Below, piece after piece: positions 11,669 through 23,658 of a stretch of DNA of 64,000 nt. A program made the position numbers and the translations under genes. This DNA is from Leucoraja erinacea. Taxonomy: Eukaryota. The stretch covers positions 14,632,001-14,696,000 of the forward strand of contig NC_073382.1 of assembly GCF_028641065.1 (NCBI RefSeq). The letters run 5' to 3'. The notes beneath the pieces are model-generated. The model did not search any database. It was not told the origin of the DNA and worked only from the letters and a program-made list of their open reading frames with translations. Within the stretch, counting starts at the first letter, position 1. Each line of letters opens with the position of its first letter.

Positions 11669-13145
11669 AGTAGTTCCTGAGGGTTGGCGGGTAGCAAACG
11701 TAACCCCACTTTTTAAGAAGGGAGGGAGAGAGAAAACGGGGAATTACAGACCAGTTAGTCTAACATCGGTAGTGGGGAAACTGCTAGAGTCAGTTATTAA
11801 AGATGGGATAGCAGCACATTTGGAAAGTGGTGAAATCATTGGACAAAGTCAGCATGGATTTACGAAAGGTAAATCATGTCTGATGAATCTTATAGAATTT
11901 TTCAAGGATGTAACTAGTAGCGTGGATAGGGGAGAACCAGTGGATGTGGTGTATCTGGACTTCCAGAAGGCTTTCGACAAGGTCCCACATAAGAGATTAG
12001 TATACAAACTTAAAGTACACGGCATTGGGGGTTCAGTATTGATGTGGATAGAGAACTGGCTGGCAAACAGGAAGCAAAGAGTAGGACTAAACGGGTCCTT
12101 TTCACAATGGCTGGCAGTGACTAGTGGGGTACCGCAAGGCTCAGTGCTGGGACCCCACCTATTTACAATATATTTTAATGATCTGGATGAGGGAATTGAA
12201 GGCAATATCTCCAAGTTTGCGGATGACACTAAGCTGGGGGACAGTGTTAGCTGTGAGGAGGATGCTAGGAGACTGCAAGGTGACTTGGATAGGCTGGGTG
12301 AGTGGGCAAATGTTTGGCAGATGCAGTATAATGTGGATAAATGTGAGGTTATCCATTTTGGTGGCAAAAACAGGAAAGCAGACTATTATCTAAATGGTGG
12401 CCGACTAGGAAAAGGGGAGATGCAGCGAGACCTGGGTGTCATGGTACACCAGTCATTGAAAGTAGGCATGCAGGTGCAGGAGGCAGTGAAGAAAGCGAAT
12501 GGTATGTTAGCTTTCATAGCAAAAGGATTTGAGTATAGGAGCAGGGAGGTTCTACTGCAGTTGTACAGGGTCTTGGTGAGACCACACCTGGAGTATTGCG
12601 TACAGTTTTGGTCTCCAAATCTGAGGAAGGACATTATTGCCATAGAGGGAGTGCAGAAAAGGTTCACCAGACTGATTCCTGGGATGTCAGGACTGTCTTA
12701 TGAAGAAAGCTGGATAGACTTGGTTTATACTCTCTAGAATTTAGGAGATTGAGAGGGGATCTTATAGAAACTTACAAAATTCTTAAGGGGTTGGACAGGC
12801 TAGATGCAGGAAGATTGCTCCCGATGTTGGGGAAGTCCAGGACAAGGGGTCACAGCTTAAGGATAAGGGGGAAATCCTTTAAAACCGAGATGAGAAGAAC
12901 TTTTTTTCACACAGAGGGTGGTGAATCTCTGGAACTCTCTGCCACAGAGGGTAGTTGAGGCCAGTTCATTGGCTATATTTAAGAGGGAGTTAGATGTGGC
13001 CCTTGTGGCCAAGGGGATCAGAGGGTATGGAGAGAAGGCAGGTACGGGATACTGAGTTGGATGATCAGCCATGATCATATTGAATGGCGGTGCAGGCTCG
13101 AAGGGCCGAATGGCCTACTCCTGCACCTAATTTCTATGTTTCTAT
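11669..13145 (+). mobile_element. Young 5'-truncated CR1 LINE with nearly intact RT (321-aa ORF, one frameshift near 12708)
   Basis: RT motifs YLDFQKAFDKVPH, GVPQGSVLGP and FADD; (tttctatg)n tail; TSD gaaatgaaatgg (11657-11668) / gaaatcaaatgg (13146-13157). Confidence 0.95.
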
Positions 13146-14305
13146 GAAATCAAATGGATTGTATTGTTGGCTGGCTCTGCTTGCCCCGTGCTCGACTTGA
13201 CTTGAAATGGATTGACTTGACATTAAGTGGTTTGAAATGGATTGTTGGCCCTGCACTCTCTGTGCTTGACTTGACTTGACTCACAACAGCCATGCTGGTG
13301 CTCCAGACCCCCCCCCCCACTGACCACTAATATTGGAATTGGTGGAGCGGTGGAATATTGCGTTGGTGACCAGCCCTCTCGTGTGAACCTGGGACCCAAC
13401 ATGTCCCACTTAGTCTAGTATTAAATAAAGGCTCCACACTTCGCTCATTAATTTCCTTCATACATCATGCTTTCTGTGCAGAGAACATTAATTATTTCCG
13501 CAATAGAGAGGTCGAATTATTGCATCAAGGGCTCCTAACTGTTGCTTACTGAAAAATAACATATTGGAGAAAATCCTAATTTTTCTTATGGGCTCAAATA
13601 GCTACCAAATATTTAGCCTCTTTGCTTCTAATGTTGTTTCTTATTTCTTCTGATGACAGATGATTTCCCTGTTCTTCATTGTTTATCAAACGGTCAAGAA
13701 GCATTCCCCCTTCCCCACCATAGAGCGATACAGTGTGGAAACAGGCCCTTCGGCCAACTTGCCCACATCAGCCAACGTGTCCCAGCTACATTAGTCCCAC
13801 CTGCCTGCGCTTGGATCATTTAAGAGTTTATTACCAAACACAAAACTGGAACTGTGCACTCATCATTGGAAATAATGCAAACTACCTCACCCCACTTCCA
13901 GTTTCCAGTCCTTCTGAATAATTCCTTTATCAATAAGTAGAACGTTTTAATTGAATAGATATATGTCGTGGTTACATGCAATATGTGTGGTGGTTACATG
14001 CTCCCCCAGCCCCCATCATTTCATCCCTTCAGCTTATCTTTCCATTCCTTTCTCCCTTGTTATTACCTTACTTGCCCTTGGATATATCTTTGCTAATCAC
14101 CTCAACCATTTTCTGTGCTTGACTTGTTTCACATTCACCCCAATCTCAAAGAAGGGTTCTTCTGAGTTCCCCACAGAATTTATCAATGCTATCTGATATT
14201 TAAGGTGCCAAGTTTTGGGTGGCTCACAAATGTAAACATCTTCTTCATCTCCACCCTATAAAAAACATTTCATGTTCTAATAGATATCTATAAAGGACAA
14301 CTTAC

Positions 14306-14383
14306 GGGTTCATATGCATCATGAACAGTGGAGTACAATGCACGAGAAACTGGAAAGCTGGATCTGGAGTGGGATGCTGCATG
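14306..14383 (-). CDS. PCCA: PCCA coding exon 2 (78 bp, HAASHSRSSFPVSRALYSTVHDAYEP; part of the mitochondrial transit peptide)
   Basis: ttttctag|CAT...CCC|gtaagt; 26 codons, phase 0/0. Length and H....SR....VSR.L pattern match mammalian PCCA exon 2 as recalled. Confidence 0.85.
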
Positions 14384-16203
14384 CTAGAAAACATAATGCA
14401 CATGATTCAAGTGTATGAACACAAAGGCAAAAGTCAGGGTCAGATTCAACAACAGCAAATTGCATTGATGCAATATTTTAAATATACTTAAACACTCCAA
14501 GCTGTTTCATGGATAATGTTATGAAATGGGATTCAACACCAGCCACGTAAGGACATCAGAGGATGGTTGACCGTCAGAAATAGAGAAGGAAGGATTTTTA
14601 GAATTAAAACAAATTAATGAGGACTGAGAAAGGAGGAAGCCAAGCAGTCCCTATAAAAGAATCTTACTTACATCTTAACTCCACTCACACAATCCCTTCA
14701 CACTTACAAAATAAATATTCAGGTCAGTTCAAGTTTCAACAGATCCCCAACCTCAATAGCCCAGTGTCATAGTCATACAGTGTGGAGACAGACACATTGG
14801 CCCAACTCATCCATGCCCACCAAGATGCTCCATATAAGCTAGTTCCAATTGCCCTAGTTTTGCCACTTTCTAGGCGTCCAATTGCCCAAAAACAACCTAC
14901 CCCAATATGCCTTTGCGAGTTCCTGCCTAATACCATCAAAGTTGGCCTTGCTCCAATTTAGAACTTTTAACTTGTGGATTTGTTCTATCCTTTTCCAGAA
15001 TTATTTAAGCCATGATCATACTGAATGGTGGTGCAGGCTCGAAGGGCCAAATGGCCTGCACCTATTTTCTATGTTTCATTTTAAACTGTGGTTGCTGATC
15101 CCAAAACATTTACCCACTGATAATTTTATCATTTGCCCTGCCCAATTCCCTAAGAGTAGGTCAAGATTTCCCCTCTCCCTTTTAGGACCCTGTAGATATG
15201 CTCGAGGAGACTTTCCTGGTTACATGTGACAAATTCCACCCCATCTAAGCCTTTGACACTATGGCAATCCCAGACTATATTGTGAAAGTTAAAATTCCCA
15301 ATAATGACAACCCTGCCAGTCTTGCAGTTGTCTGCAATCTCCCAGTATATTTTCCGAGCTCCTATAGTACATTCTGAACAATCACTTTTGATCTCTCAGT
15401 TCCATTCATGTAGCCCACCTGGACTGCAGTAGTTTGGGTCTGGACTCAGCCTCAGACTTGACCCAAGACATCATCTTTCCAGGTCCTTCATAGATGCTGC
15501 CTAACCTGAGTTACTCTACACTTTGTGTTCCATGCTAGATTCCAGCAACTTCAGTTCCTTGTGTACTCAGGAAATTAAATCCATAATTCTTTACAGAGAT
15601 ACAAGAGACTGCAGATCCTGCATTCTTGAACAAAAAGCCAAAGTAATGCAGGAACTCAGCATGCCAAGCACCATCTGTGGAAGGAAATTGACCTTTCCCA
15701 ACTTGAAATATCGTCTGGACTCCCTATACAAATGCCATTTCCCTATACAAATGCCGCCTGGCCTGCAGAGTTCTTCCGGCACTTTGTTTGGCCATAATCC
15801 TTTAGTTCGGTATCACTCAAAATATCAGTTGACATCATACTTCACGAGGTACCGTTGAAGCAAAACAGGGTTGTAAAGGAAAGCACCAACATTCTTCATT
15901 CCAACATCCTAATTTCCCCTTCAACTAAAACCCTGAACTCTATGCTCTATCACAGTAGATTTGTTTATTATTACAATAGATATAACAATAAATTCAACAA
16001 TTAATACAAAACAACAGGATGGCACAAAGGTTGTGGTGCAAACAGAACCAGGGGAAAAAAATATATAAAGTGCAACATTAGAATGACCAAATGAGGTAGA
16101 GTTAAAAAAAATATATGGTTGCACCCCTCAGGAAGGGTGTGTGAAAGAGATGATGGGTTCCGAAGTCTCAACATTGAGGAAGAAACTATTCTCAAGTTTT
16201 GAT

Positions 16204-17330
16204 GTGCAAGAAGGAACTGCAGATACTGGTTTAAACCGAAGATAGACACAAAAAGCTGGAGTAACTCAGCGGAACAGGCAGCATCTCTGGAGAGAAGGAA
16301 TACGTGACGTTTCGGGTCAAGACCCTTCGTCGGACTGGTTTGGGATGAGGGAAACAAGAGATATGGAGAGTGATGTGGAGAGATAAAGAACATTGAATGA
16401 AAGATATGCAAAAAAGTGACGATGATAAAGGCCATTGTAAGCTGTTTGTAGGGTGAAAATGAGAAGCTAGTGCGACTTGGGTGGGGGAGGGATTGAGAGA
16501 AAGGGAATGCCAGGGCTACCTGAAGTGAGAGAAATCAGTATTCATAGCACTGGGCTCTAAGCTGCCCAAGCGAAATATGAGGTGCTGTTCCTGCAATTTG
16601 CGTTTAGCCTCACTCTGACAATGGAGGAGCCCAAGGACAGAAAGGTCTGTGTAGGAATAGGAAGGATAATTAAAGTGTCCTGCAACCCGGATATCATGTT
16701 GGTTCAGGCGGGCTTTGCGAAGGTGTTCTGCAAAACGATCGCCCAGTCTGTGTTTGGTCTCACCGATGTATAAGATCCCACATCTTGAACAACGGATACA
16801 GTACGAGGTTGGAGGAGGTGCAAGTGAACCTCTGCCTAACCTGAAAGGACTGTCAGGGTCCCTGGACAGAGTCGAGGGAGGAGGTATAGCGACAGGTGTT
16901 GCATCTTATGCGGTTGCAGAGGAAGGTACATGGGGAGGGAGTAGTTTGGGTGGGAAGGGATGTGTTAACCAGGGAGTTGCGGAGGGACGGTCTTTGCGGA
17001 AGGCGGAAAGGGGTGGAGATGGGAAAATGTGGCTAGTGGCGGGATCCCGTTGGAGATAGTGGAAATTTTAGAGGATTATGTGTTGTATGCGATGGCTGAT
17101 GGGGTGGAAGATGAGGGAACTCGTCTCTGTTGTGACTAGGGGGAAGGGGAGCAAGGGAGCAAGCTGCTGACCGAGGAGACACGAGTGAGAGCCCCATCTA
17201 TGATGGGAGAGTGGAATCTTCAAAGAAAACCAATTCCTCCGTCTACGCCGCATCTGTTCCCAGGTAAGGTGTTCCGTACTACAACACTCGAGATGTCATC
17301 ATTGTTTAGGGAATGGGGGTTTCCCTTAGT
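16204..17330 (-). mobile_element. Penelope-like retroelement 3' fragment (GIY-YIG endonuclease + terminal repeat)
   Basis: Minus-strand translation at about 16716-16800 reads CIRCSRCGILYIGETKHRLGDRFAEHLR. It ends in the 'gatgctgcctgttccgctgagttactccagc...atctgcagttccttc' terminal repeat. Confidence 0.85.
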
Positions 17331-18793
17331 TAGCAAGTCAAGCAACATTTGTGGTGTATGTCAATTTTTCAGGTTGAGACCGTGCATCTGGACAGAGAGA
17401 AGGGAAAAGATTGCCCGTAGGGGAAGGATTGATGGGTAAATGGGACAATAAGGGGGAGGGAGGTGGGGGGGGGCAGGGGGAAGAATGGGAAAGGTGAACA
17501 AAGGGAAAATAAACTAGGTGAATAGGTGAATGTGTGAAAGACCAACACCAGTGCTGTGTTCATATTATGTTCATGCCAAGGGTTATAGGCTACCCAAGCA
17601 GAATGAGACCTTAGATATTGCAAATACATTTATCAAAACAAATGGCCAAATTTCATGAATAGCCCTCAAAGAAAATGGCTACTTAAAGAGTTCTCTCCAT
17701 AAATCTGTTCATTTGACAAACTAAAAAAAACATAATTCCGTTGTGGCTGCTGCTCATCTCTCTTCCAGCTTCAAGCTTTGCATCAAAATTAGATTTTCAA
17801 TCCACCCTGGCAACAAAATGACTTGTCTCTTGGGTCAGTTTATTTAAGATATTATGTGCAACATTGTAAGGACTCTTAGATGCTGGGTTCCCTGACTCTG
17901 ACCTCCCCCTCCCCAGAATGAAAATAAATCTGAGAATACTTGATCCACAAATCCAATTAAAAACAATGTACACATCCCAAAGTACAAATGGTATTTGATA
18001 CAGTGCTAGAAATCAATTAAATCTATGCAGAAGGTAAAGTAACAATGAGGTACAGCGCATAATTTTGATAATAAAGATTGTCCACTAATTAAACCACTAC
18101 AATCTGAGATCAAAGGCAATTTTTTACATCAAAGTCACAGTGACAAACAATTCAGATTGTCAGCGATATCTTGCATTTTAATACCAAATACTAAACATTA
18201 CAAAAAAACCACTAACAGTTCCAGCAATCGCACATCAAGGGACGCAATCAGTAAGGCGCACTGAGATCATCTCCCACAGGATTTGGGTTGCCAAGACTAG
18301 TTGGATATTTCATTGGAAACTTAACAATATGACCTCTCACCTCCAACCACACATCCAGCCAAAGCCTTTATGTTCCATCTCTGCTGTTTTTATTACTAAT
18401 AAACAAATGTGATGAAAGAAAATTAAAAACAACTCTTTTTCTCATCCCTATGAATTCTTCCCAAAATCCCTGACCCCATCCACACTCCAAGGCTGCTTGA
18501 AACAATATCATAGAATTCTAGGATCTGACTGTACAGCCAGACGTTTACCCCTTTGCCAATGCTAAGTAAATGTCCATTTCAATCTCTCAACACAACTCTG
18601 TTCCCACTCTACAAACTGTAAAAGTACACATCCAGTTGACTTTTTTTAAAAGTTCCTAAGGAAACTGATAGTGACCCTTTCCAAAGATATCACTGGAGCC
18701 AATATTGATTCCTCACTCAATATTACTGAAGCAGGTAACCCGATCATTGTACCTTCATGGTTTTGTGATCTGCATAAATTAGCTGTCGCATTT

Positions 18794-19021
18794 CATAGAA
18801 CATAGAACATAGGTGCAGGAGTAGGCCCTTCAGCCCTTCGACCATTCAATATGATCATGGCTGATCATCCAACTCAGTATCCTGTACCTGCCTTCTCTCC
18901 ATATCCCCTGATCCCTTTAACCACAAGGGCCACATCTAACTCCCTCTTAAATATAGCCAATGAACTGGCTTCAACTACCTTCTGTGGCAGAGAATTCCAC
19001 AGATTCACCACTCTCTGTGTA
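18794..19021 (-). mobile_element. CR1 3'-end fragment
   Basis: Near-identical to the other CR1 3' UTRs in the window, with (catagaaa)n tail. Confidence 0.85.
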
Positions 19022-21139
19022 AAACAATACAATTTTTCATACAATATTTACACATCAAAAATATATGATTTACTATAGAGAACTTTGGGACATTCTGCAG
19101 GAGATGCGAGTACCATTCTTCCTTTCTAGATCGTGAACTTCCTTTAAAACCCTCAATTTTTTCTCTGGTGCTTTTAACTATTATTTCTAGCAGATAAGAT
19201 CGTAGAACACTGAAACAGACCCTTTGGCTCTTCAAACACCCATTTACCGTAATCCTACACTAATCTAATTTTATTCTTGGCTCGTGCCCATCAACTCTGT
19301 CCAGATTCTAACACCCATCTACACAGTAGGTGCAATTTTCAGTGGCCAATTAACCTACCAACCCACCACCTTTGGGATGTTGGAGGAAACAGGATGAAAC
19401 CCACTGTCAAGGGGAGAATGTGCAAATGTAACACCAAAGGTCATACCAACCGCCCGTCCATTATAACATGACGTCTCAAATCTTGTACTAAATGCCCTGA
19501 CCCTTGAAGGAACGTGTGCCAATCGCCTTCTTCAACACCTGTTCTACCAGTGTTGCCACTCTCAGGGAACTATGTACTTCTACCTATGGGTCTCTCTGCT
19601 CTACAACACTCTCCAGGGCCCTGCCATTGCCATGCAAGTCCTGCCCCAGTTAAGTTACCAGGTAACACCTCGCATTTATCCTAGTTAAATTCCATCTGCC
19701 AATCTTTGGCTTGTTTTGCCCAATTGATCAAGATCTCATGGTATTATTAGATAATCTTCTTCACTGTTCACTCTACCACCAATTTTGGTTTAGGCTGCAA
19801 ACTAACAAACCACTGGCACTCAATTCTTCTCCCCAATTGCTTCCCCATCTTAGCTCAAAGCACCCAGTAGTTATGTTATCTTAGTGTGAGCGTGAGCAGA
19901 GATGCTCATTGCAATGTGTGATTAATTGGTTTGAGGAACAGATCAGCAGTAATCCAATTGAATGGTGGAATAATTGCCATTGGATGAAAGGTATTATTAT
20001 ATATATAGCCTTTGTAGGCAGAGTTAATATTACTCTCTCTTTGTTCATTAACAAAGGGAATGAAAATAGTCATCCGTAATGCTATCTTCCAATGGGAGCA
20101 AATGGTAATCACAATCATCCCCAATTATGGAAGACAAAACAGAATGTTGGAAGAACTCAGTGGGTCCAGCTTCATCCGTGAATGCAAAAGATGTAAGTCG
20201 GCACTCTGGTTCAAGACCTGTTTTCATGACTGGGGGGAGAAATGGAGGCTGGTGGGTAATAAAGAGAGCCAAATATGGAGGGAGCAATGGACAGATGGAA
20301 CCCAGTGAACGGGAGCAAGGGGATGGAGGACGGGGGGACTTTGACAGAGACTGGGAGACAATGGAACTGTTCAGGAATTAGGAAAGATGAGGAAAGAGAT
20401 AAATAAACTAGGTGGACACAAAATGCTGCAGTAATCAGCAGGGCAGGCAGCATCTCTGGAGAAAAGGAATAGGTGACAGTTTGGGTTGAGACCCTTCTTC
20501 AGACAGACAGGTGAATGTGTGTGGGAGAACATCAGGGGTGTGGATACCTGAATTTGGAAAATTCAACTGAGTCCCAAGTCCATAACTTTCTGAAAGTAGT
20601 AACACAAGTAGATGGAATGGTAAAGAGGGCTTGTGGTATGCTTGCCTTCATAGGTCGGGGATTGTCTAAGAGTCAGGCAGTCATATCGCAGATTTATCGG
20701 ACTTTGATTAGGCCACATTTGGATTATTGTGTATAGTTCTGATCAAAGGAGATTAGTTTAACGGCATCATGTTCGGCATGGAATTTGATCCGAAGGGCCT
20801 ATTGCCATGTTCTACCATTGGATTCTAAACCATCCATACATTCCAACATCTGCAGCGTCTTCCCTAATTATGCCTTGAATTCACTCTATATGCCTAAAAG
20901 CTGTCTAAATGGCAGAATAAAAGTTATATGCATATGTTGATGAGAAATTATGAACAAAAATCTTTCTGACCAGGATACACTTGCTAGATCATCTCTACTT
21001 AGAAGAATTAACTTGACTTGGAGAAATAAGGCATATTTCTCTTGATCTTGGCTCAGTTAAGCATGTGTCATCACTAGAGAACTAGTGATGACACATGCAT
21101 AAAGTAATTTGCATAAACTATGTGACTGAGTTGTGCAGG

Positions 21140-22900
21140 TCTGGAAAATTAAGTGTTTCAAGAAAAGTTAGAACAACATAACATAGGATCATGCTCAGCT
21201 CACAATGGATGTGCCAAACTTGATGCCAGGAATATCTAATTTCATCTGTCTGCACATGATTCATATCCCTCAAATCTTTGCATACCCATGTGCCTATCAA
21301 TAAGCCTCTTAAATGCCACAATCATAACTGCCTCCAGTATAACCCCAGATGGGCATTCCAGACACCCACCACCCTCTTTGTAAAATAATCTGCTACCCAC
21401 ATCTCCTTTAAAGTTTGCCCCACATGAAAGGAATAGATCAGGTAGATGCACAGAGTCTCTTGCCCAGAGCAACATAAATCGAGAACCAAAGGACATAAGT
21501 TTAAAGTGAGGGGGGAAAGATTTAAATGGAACCCGAGGAGTAACTTTTTCCACACAAAGAGTGGTGGGTGTGGAATTAACTGCTGGAGGAGATAGTTGAG
21601 GCGGGTACTATTGCAATGTTTAAGAAACATTTAGACGGTTTAGAGGGATATGGACAAAATGCAGGCAGGTAGGACTATGGTAAATGGGACATGTTGGCTT
21701 GTGTGGGGAAGATGGGCCGAAGGGTCTGTTTCCATGCTAGACTCTATGACTCAACTTAAAGCTATGCTCCCTAGTCTTTGACATTTCCATCCAGGGAAAA
21801 AGGCTCTAACTGTCTACGTGTCTATGCCTCCCATAATTTTATAATAATTCTATCACGTTCTTCTCCAATCTCCGGTGTGCCAGAGAAAACAATCAAAGTC
21901 TGTCCAACCTTTCCGTGTGGCTAATACCCCCTAATCCAAGCAGCATTCTGGTAAACCTTTTCTGCATCCTCTCTAAAGACACCACATGCTTTCAGTAATG
22001 GGGCAGCCAGAACTGCACACAACGTTTCAAATGCGCCTCAGCAAAGTCTTAAAAAGCTGCATCACGACTTCATGATTCTCAATGAGGCCAAGAATACCAC
22101 AGGCCTTTTTTTATCACTATGCCTACATGTATTGCCACTCTGGGAGCTATTGATTTGGACTCATAAATCGCTCTGAACCAATGTGGATAAGGGTCTTTCC
22201 ATTAACTGTATACCTCCCCAGTACATTCCAACTCCCAAAGTGAAACACCTCACACTCGCTGTGATCAAACTCCATCTGCAATTCTCCACCCATTTCTGTA
22301 GCTGATCTATATCGAGGAGTATACGTTGAGACTTCTTCACTGTCTGCAATTACAACAACCTAGCTGTCATCTGCAAATTTACCAGCCAGCCCATCTACAT
22401 TTATGTCCAAGTCATTTACATATATCACAAACAACTGAGGTCCCAGCACAGTTCTCTGCAGTAGTCCAATAGTCAGACTGCCAGCCAGAATAGCATTCTT
22501 CCACTACAATCTTCTGCCTTTTATCATTAATCCAGTTCTCATTCCGTTATGACTAAGTCATTGTTAATCCCGAGTATCTTAATCTTCTGGATAAGCCCAC
22601 CATGGGTGACTTTATCAAATGTCTTACTAAAATCCACATTGACTACATCCACTGCCTTACCCTCATCAATCACCTTCGTCACCTTCTCAAAAAACTGATC
22701 AAGTTAATAAGACACGACCTGCCATGTACAAAGCTATGCTGACTATGCCTAATTAGCCCATTCTCTTCCAAATGGAAGTAAAACCTACCCCAAAGAATCC
22801 TCTCCGATAATTTCTCTACCAATGAGGTGAGGCTCCCTGGCTGATATTTCTGTAGATTCTCTCTACTTCCCTTTTTAAACAAAGGAACAACACTGGCTAA
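21140..22900. mobile_element. Cluster of old CR1-like LINE fragments in both orientations
   Basis: Degenerate ORFs 'FTKRVVGVWN', 'YQPGSLTSLVEKLSERIL...QHSFVHGRSCLINL' and 'DIDQLQKW'. Confidence 0.7.
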
Positions 22901-23210
22901 ACTGTTAGTCTACGTCAGACAAGCCTTTAAAATATTGCATAAAACCTTAAAGATTTCCAAAAATAAAACTGTCACACTGTCAAAAATGAGATGTCGAGAG
23001 GTTATGAAAGCCCTAATATTTTTGATAATAAAGAATAATCTCTGATAAACAAATAATTTTGAGGCTCCTTGACAGGATCATTTAAATTTCAGTGAAAAAC
23101 TGTTCCCTCCTTTGCACCACAAGCTTAAGCTCCCAAGCCTTATGTTTTCTAATGTCTACTCTTGTTTTACGATATATAAAAAAAAACAGAAGTACAACTA
23201 CTAATCAATT

Positions 23211-23348
23211 CTTCTTCTTGCGTATGGCGTGCACAGCCTAAAGTTGTAGGACAACTTGTTCTATTTGATCTTATTTGATTGTGCAAACCGGGTTGATTGC
23301 ATTTGTCGAAACAGGGCTGACCACGTGAAGGTTGCAATCTCCCACCCC
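23211..23348 (-). mobile_element. 138-bp non-autonomous retroposon (SINE-like) with 5' HDV-like ribozyme and (GAA)n tail
   Basis: 11-bp TSD actaatcaatt at 23200-23210 and 23349-23359; minus-strand 3' end '...gccatacgcaagaagaag'. No tRNA-like A/B boxes were recognised. Confidence 0.85.
23295..23348 (-). ncRNA. HDV-like self-cleaving ribozyme (minimal, P4 nearly absent)
   Basis: GGGGUGG(P1)-GA-GAUUGCA(P2)-ACC(P3)-UUCACGU(L3)-GGU(P3')-CAGCCCU(P1')-GUUUCGA-CAAA(J4/2)-UGCAAUC(P2'). G1-U wobble present; P2 7/7, P3 3/3, P1 6/7. Confidence 0.75.
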
Positions 23349-23454
23349 ACTAATCAATTAAATAATATCCACAATTAAATTGAAACGGTGAACTTCAGGA
23401 TAACTAATTTTGAGCTATATTGGCATTGGGAACACCCAGTTATTAAACTTTACA

Positions 23455-23658
23455 CAAAAATGCTGGAGAAACTCAGCTGGTGCAGCAGCATTTATGGAGT
23501 GAAGGAAATAGGCGACGTTTCGGGCCGAAACCCTTCTCTGGTTTCGGCCTGAAACGTCGCCTATTTCCTTCGCTCCATAGATGCTGCTGCACCCACTGAG
23601 TTTCTCCAGCATTTTTGTGTACCTTCGATCTTCCAGCATCTGCAGTTCCTTCTTGAAC
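23455..23658. mobile_element. Penelope-derived inverted-repeat (hairpin) insertion
   Basis: Two ~80-bp inverted arms of the Penelope terminal repeat; 13-bp TSD attaaactttaca (23442-23454 / 23659-23671). Confidence 0.8.

Larger units (their letters stand above)
10931..13418 (+). mobile_element. Non-autonomous Helitron-like element, interrupted by a CR1
   Basis: 3' end CTAG|t (13415-13418) preceded by the hairpin tgggac-ccaacat-gtccca (13390-13408). Both ends resemble the 28.7-kb copy. The 5' TC is degenerate, so the start is approximate. Confidence 0.65.
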
